Shown: positions 1 to 9,844 of the stretch, in pieces
How positions within the stretch are numbered: position 1 is the first letter of the stretch
How the letters are laid out: every line of letters starts with the position of its first letter
Assembly: GCA_048882485.1 (NCBI GenBank)
Contig: JBHLRP010000003.1
Coordinates: 104,260-168,259, forward strand
Direction of reading: 5' to 3'
Source of the DNA: Candidatus Thorarchaeota archaeon
GTDB lineage: Archaea > Asgardarchaeota > Thorarchaeia > Thorarchaeales > Thorarchaeaceae
DNA: 64,000 nucleotides
Position numbers and translations under genes: made by a program
Notes under the pieces: model-generated
What the model was told of the DNA's origin: nothing
The model's input: only the letters and a program-made list of their open reading frames with translations
The model's database searches: none

Positions 1-197
1 TTCCCCTCAATCTTAGAAACACGATCAAAGAATTTAGGTTCGACAAGTATGTAAGCTCCCTTGTTCGGAGAGATGTGTTTCAGAAATTGCATCTGATTGA
101 TGTAAGCGATATGCTTCTCTACTAGGCTCTGGATTGCACACGTACTTGCAGCATCTTGAGGAATTCCATATTTTTTTAGGATATCACTGATAGTCAT
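1..197 (-). CDS. Partial CDS (runs off the window edge); possible LpxD-like acyltransferase N-terminal domain
   Basis: Translated by hand from the ATG at 197: MTISDILKKYGIPQDAASTCAIQSLVEKHIAYINQMQFLKHISPNKGAYILVEPKFFDRVSKIEG, open to base 1. The pattern loosely resembles the LpxD N-terminal domain, and it follows the acyl operon. Confidence 0.45.
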   Translation of the reverse strand, partial: MTISDILKKYGIPQDAASTCAIQSLVEKHIAYINQMQFLKHISPNKGAYILVEPKFFDRVSKIEG

Positions 198-259
198 GAT
201 TGCTCGTTTTCATCAAAGGAACTCCTTCCTTTTGAATTATACTTTGGATTGAGCTTCAT

Positions 260-1450
260 CTATTCAAGTATAGTCAGATTATTCCAGCATACGAGTCGAT
301 TCAGAAGTAGTATTCCATCCCATGGTGAGTCATAGATGTGCATCTGTCCCGGGGGTACAACTCTCGCGACTCCTCGATACATGACCCCTTCCGCAAACGC
401 TACTGATTTCTCATGATTAAGTATGCAGTTACCAATAGTCTGTACATTACGAGTGACGAGATTCATTGTATCAAGAACATCGTTAATTGGTTTTAGAAAG
501 ATGGTTCGTGATTGGACAGGTTCTTCCAAAGTAACTTCACTATCTATTAGTATTGTCCAATCATTCTCTTTTGGAGCTAGAACGTCCTTTTGAAGATCAA
601 GAGCATACTCTGCTCGCTTATTGATAATCATAGTGCCACGACCTGGATCAAATTCGGTTTTTGGCATTATTCTGGAAAGACGTTCAAGCTCCTTCGATAG
701 CAGCTCGGCAAAGTGCAGGATTCCCTTTTTATCAGTTTCAACAAAAATAACATGTGGTGATGAGCATGCACTCTGCTCAAAGAGAATTGAATCAGTAGCC
801 ACGTTCCTAAGATATTTGGCTAAATTCTCCGACTTCAGTGCCTCTCTATCAAAAACTGCAAACGAGTACTTAGGTCCAAAAACAACATCCTCACAATGAG
901 TTCTTTTGGGAAGACCAGTGATTGCCTCAACTGCTTCTTTCCCTCCCCAGACAACCCTCGCATCTGCGATCATTGATAGGTCTGTGTTTGCTTGTAAATC
1001 GGAGGAAGGAAAGTATACAATCGCCACAGAATTTAGCAAGTCCCTTCCCGTAACACCTTCAACTTCAATTGTAGCGAATAGCTGCAGAATTGGTAGGACA
1101 GTAAGAAGGCTATCTTGAGGTATTCTTAGAACATTCCCGTTCTTCGCAAGCATTGATTGAAAGAGCGAGAAGAGACTCAATGTCGGGATATTACCTGCTA
1201 TCCAATGACTTACTAATCCTCTTGGAAATGCCCGAAGCTTCTTTCGACCGGTTCCACTGAATGAATCTAAATAGTTCTGACTCCCAAGATTAGTTTCGAT
1301 AATCCTCTTGAGATTTTCACGGCGCAGCCAATTTGAGAGGAATGCAATTCCTTCTATCCTCTTCACTTTCTCATCTCTAACAAGCGAACGACTGAATCTA
1401 TGAAGAATATCTAAAATTGATGAAACTGGAGTTCTAAATAGATCAACCAT
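260..1450 (-). CDS. LuxC-family acyl-CoA/acyl-protein reductase (true start probably about 1546)
   Basis: PRGLVSHWIAGNIP, VWGGKEAV, FGPKYSF, QSACSSP (catalytic Cys) and WDG motifs of LuxC. The frame stays open upstream to the luxE-like stop. Confidence 0.88.
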   Translation of the reverse strand: MVDLFRTPVSSILDILHRFSRSLVRDEKVKRIEGIAFLSNWLRRENLKRIIETNLGSQNYLDSFSGTGRKKLRAFPRGLVSHWIAGNIPTLSLFSLFQSMLAKNGNVLRIPQDSLLTVLPILQLFATIEVEGVTGRDLLNSVAIVYFPSSDLQANTDLSMIADARVVWGGKEAVEAITGLPKRTHCEDVVFGPKYSFAVFDREALKSENLAKYLRNVATDSILFEQSACSSPHVIFVETDKKGILHFAELLSKELERLSRIMPKTEFDPGRGTMIINKRAEYALDLQKDVLAPKENDWTILIDSEVTLEEPVQSRTIFLKPINDVLDTMNLVTRNVQTIGNCILNHEKSVAFAEGVMYRGVARVVPPGQMHIYDSPWDGILLLNRLVCWNNLTILE

Positions 1451-1548
1451 CCCCTCACGGATTATGGTTTCTATCTCATTGAGATCATCAATCAGCAGTA
1501 CGGGGTCATGGAACTCTCCATTACTAGTAAGTAGCTGAATCGATATAA

Positions 1549-2667
1549 TTAGTCACCTCTACGCTCAGCAAATGTATCGCCGCATCCACGTGTTTCAGCT
1601 TTTTCAGCGCGAGATCGGAATTCGAAATATTTCCCTTTTCTTCCACATGGACAATCATCGATACCTATTATTTCTCCGATGTCTTCTGTGAGGAGTGCCT
1701 GACTCGGATAGCTACTAGCAATCGTAGAAAGAATTTCGATTAATCCAGGTATACCAACAGGTGCTTCCTCCATTGTATAGATATCTCTGATGATCAAATC
1801 AGCAAAATCCGGGATGTGTTTGTGACCTTCAGAACAATCAACAAAGAGTAAACCAAGTTGCTCTACCATTCCATAATAGTCCAAGATATTGTGAGGTTCT
1901 GTCCCAAAGAGCGCTCCGATTTCACGATTAAAGATCTCCTTGGTGACAGCCTGAGATGTCAGTTTTTTCCATCCGCCACCATGAAGAATCTTTATGTTGG
2001 GAATGTTGATAGTCATTCGTTTTTTCTTCAATGCATGAAAGAATCGAGTCCAAATAATGTATGTGAATCCGAATCCAAGAACTTCTTTGCTTCCATAGTT
2101 CTCAGCAAATGATTTGAGTCTGTCAAAGTTTACGCGTAATTCTCCGTCAATATTGTCCATTACATATACCGTTTTTCTAGCAAAGCTAGAGATTCCTCGA
2201 ATTGCTGCTCCTCTGGCAGTAATAGATGCAGCTGTAGGATCGTTGACATCAGCTGTGTCCATAACTAGGAAAGGTCTTCTTGATGTACCAAGAAAACTCT
2301 TGAGTGACGCAACAAGAGCTCTCGTTTGACGCATGGCTGTTGTTTTGTCGATTGGAATCTTGCTTGGAATCCCTGTAGTGGTGGCACTTGATTTCAGTGT
2401 TCTAATGATTTGATCATCTGAAACAGTCTGCAGATTATAATGCTTGAACATTGATACAGGAATCGGTGCCACATCTCTCAGGGCTTTGATATCTTCTGGA
2501 GTGCTACTGTATGATTTGTAGAATTTTCTCAGTGGAAGACTAGATTCCATTGAGGCATGAACCTGTTGTTTGATAAACGGTAGTAAGATTTGCTCTTTAT
2601 CCTGTTGAGGCATCTGGAACTGGTCATTCGCAATCATGGATTCAATTGTTATTTCTTCAGAATCCAT
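1549..2667 (-). CDS. LuxE-family acyl-protein synthetase
   Basis: IPVSMFK, SSATTT, HGGGWKK, YYGMVEQ, LLTEDIG, CPCGRKG and ETRGCGD motifs. Confidence 0.9.
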   Translation of the reverse strand: MDSEEITIESMIANDQFQMPQQDKEQILLPFIKQQVHASMESSLPLRKFYKSYSSTPEDIKALRDVAPIPVSMFKHYNLQTVSDDQIIRTLKSSATTTGIPSKIPIDKTTAMRQTRALVASLKSFLGTSRRPFLVMDTADVNDPTAASITARGAAIRGISSFARKTVYVMDNIDGELRVNFDRLKSFAENYGSKEVLGFGFTYIIWTRFFHALKKKRMTINIPNIKILHGGGWKKLTSQAVTKEIFNREIGALFGTEPHNILDYYGMVEQLGLLFVDCSEGHKHIPDFADLIIRDIYTMEEAPVGIPGLIEILSTIASSYPSQALLTEDIGEIIGIDDCPCGRKGKYFEFRSRAEKAETRGCGDTFAERRGD

Positions 2668-3725
2668 TGAACTAACTCCCTAAGATTGCCCTCTTTCATT
2701 CGAACTGGAGAGGTCTTGATAGAAGGATCTGCTAATGCTTCTTCAATCCAGGAGTCAATATCAACTCCGTCCAGAACTCCTGGTTGGATGTATGTAGATA
2801 AACCAAGTTCCTCAAAATCACTTTTCAGTTTTGAGTAAATCGAATCATTTGTAACGTTCTCATGCCATGTGAGGCATTTTGGCGTTAGCGTCAGGACACC
2901 AGCACTATGGGGAGTTCCATTTTGCTGCTCAAGAGCATGTGCAAGTGCATGACAGACACCAACATAAACACTACCTGTCATCAGTCCACCCAGATACCCG
3001 GCTTGAAGAAGGATATCAAGAGCTTTTGCACTTCCTGGTTTCTCTGATAGTTCCAAAGAGGCTTCTTTTAGAAGGGCAATGATTGATTGCGAAATTGCCT
3101 TGGTCATTGGACTTGCTTTCTTAGAAAGCAGGCTTTCATTTGCGTGGCCAAAGATGTCTCCAATAAATACGTGCAGCTGCTTTTCCTCAATTGTCTGAAG
3201 AAATGATGAATCAAGAATAGCCACTTCAGGAATAAGTAATCTGTGAATATGCGGTATCTTTACGCCCTTCTCATTCTTGATCACCGCAGTTCCATTTCCT
3301 TCAGATCCTGTTGACGGTGTTGTTGGAATAGCAATTAGGTTGATAGATCGTGATGCACGCTCGTTTTCGAGCAGGCTAGGGAAATCGATTGAGTGATTTT
3401 CTAAAAGCAACCGTAAGGCTTTGCTACTGTCCATTACTTGTCCGCCACCAATTGCTACAATCAAATCAATCTTCTTTGAAGTATAGATCTCTCTTAATCT
3501 GAGAACCTCGGTTTCCGTAGCAGCTGAGCATTTCTCCTCAAAAATGGAGTTGCCTTCTAGATTTGAAATTGCCTTTTGATATGCTTCATTTTCACTCGCT
3601 TCAGGATAAGCGATTACTAGGATTTTCGCTTCCGATATTTCCCTCAGAAGCGAGATGGCCCCTTTTCGAAAATGCACGCTCTGATTGTACATTAGACTCG
3701 GAATAATTGGTGAACCCTGAATCAT
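2649..3725 (-). CDS. Iron-containing alcohol dehydrogenase
   Basis: AIGGGQVMDSSKA, IPTTPSTGSE and the metal-binding HALAH...H motifs. Confidence 0.88.
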   Translation of the reverse strand: MIQGSPIIPSLMYNQSVHFRKGAISLLREISEAKILVIAYPEASENEAYQKAISNLEGNSIFEEKCSAATETEVLRLREIYTSKKIDLIVAIGGGQVMDSSKALRLLLENHSIDFPSLLENERASRSINLIAIPTTPSTGSEGNGTAVIKNEKGVKIPHIHRLLIPEVAILDSSFLQTIEEKQLHVFIGDIFGHANESLLSKKASPMTKAISQSIIALLKEASLELSEKPGSAKALDILLQAGYLGGLMTGSVYVGVCHALAHALEQQNGTPHSAGVLTLTPKCLTWHENVTNDSIYSKLKSDFEELGLSTYIQPGVLDGVDIDSWIEEALADPSIKTSPVRMKEGNLRELVQWILKK

Positions 3726-3729
3726 GTTG

Positions 3730-5229
3730 CTATACTCCCCGTTTATTCAACTCTTTCAATTCCGACATCATGACCTTTTCAGACTCATTCTTTGGTAGAG
3801 TATCAAGGAACTTGATATGTTTTGGTACCTTGAAAGATGGAAGATTCTTTCTGCAATGATCAATAATCACCTTCTCAGAAAGCGTGCTTCCTCCTCGAAT
3901 TACAACATATGCTTTGACAGCTTCCCCCATGATGTCGTCAGGAACCCCAATCACTCCTACTTCAACCACGTCTGAAATCTTGGCTATTGTTGCTTCAATC
4001 TCTCGGGGGCTGATACGATGCCCACCACTTTTAATAAACTCCTTCTGCCTATCTACAACATAGATGAAACCTTCCTCATCTACAGTTGCCAAGTCGCCTG
4101 TGTATAGTTTTCCATCTCTTAGATTTTTTGCAGTCCCCTCAGGGTCTTTCCAGTAGCCCATCATTATATTGCCACCAGAAGCGACAATCTCTCCAATTTC
4201 ACCAGGACTGACTGGAGTTCCATCCTCTTTTAAGACTTCAAGAGTTGTCCTTGGAATTCCTTTTCCACATGAGCCAAGCTTAGACTCCAATAGATCTGGG
4301 GGTAGATACGATAGTCGAGCTGTTGCTTCAGTCTGACCGTACATAATGAATATCTTTGTTGTAGAGAGAGTTTCCATGAGTTCTATAATAAACGGGTTTG
4401 TTAACTTTCCTCCTGCTTGAGCGACGAATCGTAGATGAGGAAATTTCATTTTCTTAAGAGGTGACCTTCTCAAAAGGATTTGAAACGTCGAAGGGACTCC
4501 GGCAAACCCGGTACATTCCTTTTCGACCATTTCATCTAATACTTTTCCGGGGAACATAAAACGGTTGTTTAAAACATTTTGTCCACCTACTTTAGTTAAT
4601 GAGTGTAGCCAACTTGCTCCATAGCAATATGAAAATGGAAGTACAACCATCATTCTGTCCTTTTCTGATAGTTCGAGATATTCTACAATAGAAGAAGTGT
4701 TCCAATGAATATTGTGATGCGAGAGCATCACACCTTTTGGTGTTCCTGTCGAACCTGATGTGAACAATATAACTGCGAGAGTCTTTACTGCATCGATATC
4801 AAGAAACTCAAACTCTTTTCTAGGTATGGAACCAAAATAGGTGGTACCTTCTATGCTTTTTTCATCAGTTATTATATTCTCAAAGTTGTATTTTTGCACC
4901 TTTTTGAGATACCTCTTCTGAATAAAGCAAGTTTCAATCTCGCAGGACTCAACAACAAAATCAAGGTGGTCTTCGCTCACACTATTATGAAGCGGTACTG
5001 AAACCAAGCCTGCACCCATTGTACCAAAATATGCTGAAACCCAGAAGAATGAATTGTCCGAGATTAGTAGGATTTTGTCATTAAGTTTATGACCAAGGTC
5101 CATGAGTTTTGCGGATACCGTTTGGATATTGGAATACAGTTCAGGATAAGTGATTGTTTGATCGCCTGCAAAAAGGGCAATCTTTCGAAGATTCCTTGAC
5201 TTTTGGAAGAGGTCATTCACTATATTCAT
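3730..5229 (-). CDS. AMP-dependent acyl-CoA/acyl-ACP ligase (ANL superfamily)
   Basis: ILFTSGSTGTPKGV, MYGQTEA, LYTGDLA and LPKNESEKV motifs. Confidence 0.93.
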   Translation of the reverse strand: MNIVNDLFQKSRNLRKIALFAGDQTITYPELYSNIQTVSAKLMDLGHKLNDKILLISDNSFFWVSAYFGTMGAGLVSVPLHNSVSEDHLDFVVESCEIETCFIQKRYLKKVQKYNFENIITDEKSIEGTTYFGSIPRKEFEFLDIDAVKTLAVILFTSGSTGTPKGVMLSHHNIHWNTSSIVEYLELSEKDRMMVVLPFSYCYGASWLHSLTKVGGQNVLNNRFMFPGKVLDEMVEKECTGFAGVPSTFQILLRRSPLKKMKFPHLRFVAQAGGKLTNPFIIELMETLSTTKIFIMYGQTEATARLSYLPPDLLESKLGSCGKGIPRTTLEVLKEDGTPVSPGEIGEIVASGGNIMMGYWKDPEGTAKNLRDGKLYTGDLATVDEEGFIYVVDRQKEFIKSGGHRISPREIEATIAKISDVVEVGVIGVPDDIMGEAVKAYVVIRGGSTLSEKVIIDHCRKNLPSFKVPKHIKFLDTLPKNESEKVMMSELKELNKRGV

Positions 5230-5468
5230 ACTTTAACACCATGATTCTTTAGTGCTTCTTTCATTAGCCCGATTGTGGTCATCTCAGTAATTTCTTCAAC
5301 ATCCAGGGCTAAATCCCATTCATCCTCAAACAAAGCCATCAGGTCCATATGAGTAACCGAATCCCAGCTATCAATGTCGTCAGGTGTACTATCATCCGAA
5401 AACTCATCTGGTTCAACACCAAATACCTCGCAGATATATTCATTGAATTTATCGAGTTGCGACATCAT
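5226..5468 (-). CDS. Acyl carrier protein
   Basis: 80 aa and highly acidic, with WDSVTHM containing the phosphopantetheine-attachment Ser. Confidence 0.9.
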   Translation of the reverse strand: MMSQLDKFNEYICEVFGVEPDEFSDDSTPDDIDSWDSVTHMDLMALFEDEWDLALDVEEITEMTTIGLMKEALKNHGVKV

Positions 5469-5475
5469 AATTCAC

Positions 5476-5877
5476 CTACTTTGATTTTATATGCATAACT
5501 CTGGATTCAGCAACTCCTTCAAGGACAACTTTTCCGTCTTGATTATAAACCAATGTTTCTACGGTTGCGACTTTTCTTTTGTCGATGGAAGTAATTGTCA
5601 GCTTTGCTGTTACAGTGTCATTGATTCTGACTGGGAAAGTATACTTTATTGTTTGACTCATCCAAAGGTTTCCTGGACCAAACATTTTTGTCAATGCAGC
5701 AGAAACTAGAGCTGCAGAGAGAATTCCATGAGCGATTCGTCCTTTGAAAATTGTTCTATTTGCGAACTCCTCATCGGTATGCAGGGGGTTGTCATCACCA
5801 CTGATCTCAATCAGCTTTTGTATATCTGCTTCAGTGATCTGTTTACTGATTTCGATAGTGTTTCCAACCTTCATCAT
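5476..5877 (-). CDS. MaoC-family (R)-enoyl hydratase/dehydratase (hotdog fold)
   Basis: SGDDNPLHTDEEFA...GRIAHG motif. Confidence 0.92.
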   Translation of the reverse strand: MMKVGNTIEISKQITEADIQKLIEISGDDNPLHTDEEFANRTIFKGRIAHGILSAALVSAALTKMFGPGNLWMSQTIKYTFPVRINDTVTAKLTITSIDKRKVATVETLVYNQDGKVVLEGVAESRVMHIKSK

Positions 5878-6024
5878 CGGTCGATAAGTGAGATATCGAG
5901 CCGTGAATAAATCTTACTAAACGTCAATGATTCATTGCATCATTTAGCAGTGTTTAGGTGTGTCGGAGGCCACTGAGGTACAAAAAGAGTTAAGAATAAT
6001 CCGAGAATACAGCCAGAAAAATCA

Positions 6025-6948
6025 ATGGTTGACTCTCTCACCCTCACACTGAGAGGGAACGATATTATGATTAAAGTTCTCTATGTATGGAATACTGCAG
6101 GGACTATATCTCCAGTAGCAACATGGCTGAATGATCATGGGCATGAAGCACGAATCATCATGCACTCATCATATGACAAGTATGGCGCTACTAGAATCTC
6201 AAAGGGAGCTGTAATGATAAACTCTAGAAGAGCTTTCTACTGGTCGATTATTAAATACATTCTACTATTTCGACCGACCCATATTCATGTAAACGCTAGT
6301 ATTGCTGGTTTAGTCCTTGCACGTCTGTTTGCTCCAACTACTCCCATAATTTTACAGTACCACGGCAACGAGGTTCGCTTTAGAAGTAAAGTTCATCCAG
6401 AAGCCTTGCTCGCTGACAAAGTGATTGTGTCAACTCCCGATTTGAAAAGATTTGGCGAGTGGGTTGATCGGCCAGTAGAGAGTATCTTCTATTATAGAGG
6501 TGGAAGGAAAAAGGGAACCGCTCTAATGGTGTACGCCTCATATTTCCCTGATAAACGTGCTTTAGCAAAATCTTGGTGTGCTAAGAATAACATCAAACTA
6601 CGGATTTATGATCGCGATGCTGAGGGATGGATTCCTTTTGAGGAGTTTCCTTCTATTCTTTCGAAGTATGAGTACTATCTTGATTGGAAAGGGATTAGTG
6701 ATTCTCAGACTTGTAGTAAAACAGCACTGGAGGCAATGGCATGTGGGTGCAAGGTTATTACAGATTATGATGTTGATAAAGTCTTAAATGACTATAATTT
6801 TGCAACCCCCAAGACATACATAAAGCTCTACCTCTCATTGAAGAAACCATTGCCCTCCATAAGGCGTACGCTAATAGCAATTGCAGGAATTATGAAATGG
6901 TTTGCAAACCGGTTGGGCAATTCCCCTGTGCCTTCTGGATGGAGATGA
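6025..6948 (+). CDS. Glycosyltransferase, GT4-like (start probably 6067)
   Basis: N-terminal KVLYV, HIHVN, QYHGNE and the SKTALEAMACG donor-binding motif. Confidence 0.7.
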   Translation: MVDSLTLTLRGNDIMIKVLYVWNTAGTISPVATWLNDHGHEARIIMHSSYDKYGATRISKGAVMINSRRAFYWSIIKYILLFRPTHIHVNASIAGLVLARLFAPTTPIILQYHGNEVRFRSKVHPEALLADKVIVSTPDLKRFGEWVDRPVESIFYYRGGRKKGTALMVYASYFPDKRALAKSWCAKNNIKLRIYDRDAEGWIPFEEFPSILSKYEYYLDWKGISDSQTCSKTALEAMACGCKVITDYDVDKVLNDYNFATPKTYIKLYLSLKKPLPSIRRTLIAIAGIMKWFANRLGNSPVPSGWR

Positions 6949-6954
6949 CAACCA

Positions 6955-7869
6955 TTGAAACGATTACGTGTTTTATTTGTGGGGAATACTGCTGGAGCGA
7001 TGACACCTGTTGCGGACTGGTTGTGTGCGAATGGTCATGAAGCGATAATCCTAGAAATGTACCACAATGACAGGTACGAATTGACATCAAGGTTTCCTTT
7101 TGCAAGAATGAGTACTTCAGCAACTGATTTTGTGGTTTCAATAAAAGATGCAATTCTTGATTTAAACCCGACCCACATACATGTTAATGCATATTACAGC
7201 AGTCTTCCAATTATTCGAGCTTGCTCTCCATTCACTCCTGTCATTATGCATTATCATGGAATCGAAATACGATTCCGAAAGAGAATCCATCCAACTGTAC
7301 GATTATTTGCAGACAAAGTGATTGTATCGACTCCGGATCTGAGAAAGTATGGAGATTGGTATGGTTGTCCTGTGCCAAAAGAATTCTATTTCCGTGGAGG
7401 TCGACAATTAGGAACAGCGGTAATGTTTTTTGGGCAAGTATTACCTCTAGCTGACACGGATGAAAAGACGCAGGATGCAGAAAAGATCTGCAAGGAGCTA
7501 GGCTTGGAATTAACGATTATAAACAACCAAAGAGGTGAGAGTGTACCAAGCCATAAGATGCCTGAATTTCTTTCTAGTTTTGAATATCTCTTTGATTTCA
7601 AAGGACTTGTACATTCTCCGATTTTTTCTAAAACAGCGCTTGAGGCAATTTCCTGTGGAGTCAAAGTGATTCACGACTCAGATTTGACCAAGATTTATAC
7701 ATCTTATCCTATCAAAACACCCAAGGACTACTATGAACTATATCTCTCGGTGGAAAATCCCCCAGCATACAAGATACCCTTTCAAATGCTAGCATCTCTG
7801 ATTCTTACTTCCTATTTTGCTCGAATGTTGGGCAGAAAAATCAGGAGTGTTATGAAAAGGACTTCATGA
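6955..7869 (+). CDS. Glycosyltransferase, GT4-like; paralogue of the upstream gene
   Basis: Shares NTAG, THIHVNA, YHGxExRFR, ADKVIVSTPDL and SKTALEA blocks with 6025..6948. Confidence 0.7.
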   Translation: MKRLRVLFVGNTAGAMTPVADWLCANGHEAIILEMYHNDRYELTSRFPFARMSTSATDFVVSIKDAILDLNPTHIHVNAYYSSLPIIRACSPFTPVIMHYHGIEIRFRKRIHPTVRLFADKVIVSTPDLRKYGDWYGCPVPKEFYFRGGRQLGTAVMFFGQVLPLADTDEKTQDAEKICKELGLELTIINNQRGESVPSHKMPEFLSSFEYLFDFKGLVHSPIFSKTALEAISCGVKVIHDSDLTKIYTSYPIKTPKDYYELYLSVENPPAYKIPFQMLASLILTSYFARMLGRKIRSVMKRTS

Positions 7870-7874
7870 TTACT

Positions 7875-8528
7875 CTATTCAAAAATCCATGTACCACGAA
7901 CTAAGATGAATGCCTCTGCAAACTCTGTGTTTATATATACTCCATCGCTTCTCATGATGGCTTCAAAATTATGCGGACTAAACCAATTGTTCCTCAATTC
8001 GAATTGGCTTTTATAGCATGCAAGCGCTTTCATTTTCATGTCCACTTCTTCTTTAGTCAGGGGCACGTATAGGTTTGGATTGAAGTCTTTTGATGTTCCC
8101 TTTATTCTATATTGGATGAGTGTCACTCGATGTCTAGTCGCAGCTCTCAAAGCTTCCTCTGCAACGGTTTTATGATCCTGATGAAAATCTCCATTGTAAG
8201 GCGCAATAATTAGATCTAATTCCAAGTCATTCCTATAGTCATATATTATATCTAGGATTTCTTGCCTTGAATCTGGTAAGTACTTATTTTCAAAGTCATG
8301 ATAAATACAACTTTTCACTCCAAGTAATTTTGCCGCTTTTTCATCTTCCCTCATAAGTTCGCCTTGTGGAAACCTGGTGCCGACGAGAGTGTCATCACAT
8401 TTCGTAAAAACATGATACTCTATCTCGCATCCCTGCGTTGCGAGTTTGTACAATAGCGCACCAGCTCCAATTATTGAATCATCAGTGTGTGGTGAAAGAA
8501 CCAGTGCTCTCTTTGGATTAATCTGCAT
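7875..8528 (-). CDS. PIG-L/LmbE-family deacetylase
   Basis: SPHTDD and DFHQDH metal motifs; KALACYKSQ; AEAF. Confidence 0.88.
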   Translation of the reverse strand: MQINPKRALVLSPHTDDSIIGAGALLYKLATQGCEIEYHVFTKCDDTLVGTRFPQGELMREDEKAAKLLGVKSCIYHDFENKYLPDSRQEILDIIYDYRNDLELDLIIAPYNGDFHQDHKTVAEEALRAATRHRVTLIQYRIKGTSKDFNPNLYVPLTKEEVDMKMKALACYKSQFELRNNWFSPHNFEAIMRSDGVYINTEFAEAFILVRGTWIFE

Positions 8529-8797
8529 GTCAATATCAATCCTCAGGACAGCGGATTTTTGAGGTGACTGCCATATATAGTCTTTCCAAAGATCAAGATA
8601 TATAGCAGCAAATCAGTATCTCGTCTGCGGAAGTGCATCCTTTGATTGCTTGGGGTTCGGATTGTAATAGATAGTAGTATCTGAATCGCCCCTGTTGAAG
8701 TTAAGCTATAGGTGATATTATAAGGAGTTCAGTTTTTGCCTTTCAAAGAATCGAGATTTCAGCTGGGTCTACCGGGTCTCTAGAGAAGGACTAGGCC

Positions 8798-9844
8798 ATG
8801 AGTGGGAAAAAATGGATAATGAAGCAGTATTGGCGTGTAGGAACCATTCGGACTCTTTTCAGTCTAGTTCTAAGTATGTTAGTATTGGGCAAGTACTACT
8901 ATGAATTCGTTCCAATACTTGCGCCGCTTGGTTTGCTAGGAGCACTAATACTCGGGTTTCTGCTTGTCCTCCTCTTCCTCGGTATAGGATATATCTATGA
9001 TGTAAGACTTAAGCTATGGAATGAGACATTCCAGGTGGGTGTAGAACGTGATCCTTACCAACAGACTCCAAATATTCGAAGCTACTCAATGGATTTTCCA
9101 GTACTATATGCATTTCTTTTAACATTCAGAAAATCACTTCTCAAAAGAAATCTAGATTTCTCAAAAATTGACGAACTTGTCCAGTACTATGATGCCTTTT
9201 TTCATAGAAATGCCACAGAAAAGAATGATCTGGTGGACTCAATAAAAAGTAATGAGGCATTTCTCGACAGAAATCCATTCACCAAAGAACGGTTACAGAT
9301 TCAAAAAGGAAGAAGTAAAGGAGCAAGAATGAAGAAGTCTTTTCAGACGCAGATATTGAGGATCAATTATGTGCAATCACTCACAGGATCTGTGCAGGAC
9401 GTCCTCGTCATCTCTGCTTTGTACGTCCCAATTCTTTTTGGTGCTACATTACCCAGAAACCTTCTCCTCAATATGATTTGGCTCATATCCCTTCCTCTGT
9501 TTATTCTTCTGGTTGTTCTTGGCTGGTACTATGATAAACAACTTAGAATGTGGGGACCAGAGTTTTCAGTAAGGATCGAAAGAGACCCATATAGCTATGT
9601 CCCCGAACCAAAGTTGGTGGCATCATTTTTCCCATTCATTTATGCGTTCCTAAGCACATCCTATGATGTGTTGAATGAAATTAATTCGGATACTAGGTAC
9701 ATAGAGAAGATAATTGGTTATTTTGATAGCTATTCTGCCCTTAGATCTTCGGTGGAGGATGATATGAATCGAGGAAAACAGATTCGATTTGAATTGGGAA
9801 ACATTTGGATGAAACAGAAAGGAGAAGATACCAATGGGAGTTAA
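8798..9844 (+). CDS. Hypothetical membrane protein with two tandem copies of a ~170-aa unit
   Basis: Long ORF with hydrophobic segments; GxxYDxxLxxW...ERDPY occurs twice. Confidence 0.8.
   Translation: MSGKKWIMKQYWRVGTIRTLFSLVLSMLVLGKYYYEFVPILAPLGLLGALILGFLLVLLFLGIGYIYDVRLKLWNETFQVGVERDPYQQTPNIRSYSMDFPVLYAFLLTFRKSLLKRNLDFSKIDELVQYYDAFFHRNATEKNDLVDSIKSNEAFLDRNPFTKERLQIQKGRSKGARMKKSFQTQILRINYVQSLTGSVQDVLVISALYVPILFGATLPRNLLLNMIWLISLPLFILLVVLGWYYDKQLRMWGPEFSVRIERDPYSYVPEPKLVASFFPFIYAFLSTSYDVLNEINSDTRYIEKIIGYFDSYSALRSSVEDDMNRGKQIRFELGNIWMKQKGEDTNGS

Noticed and set aside
260-2667. Bioluminescence (lux) operon
   Set aside because: No luxA/luxB/luxD/luxG in the window, and the context is ACP and glycan tailoring.
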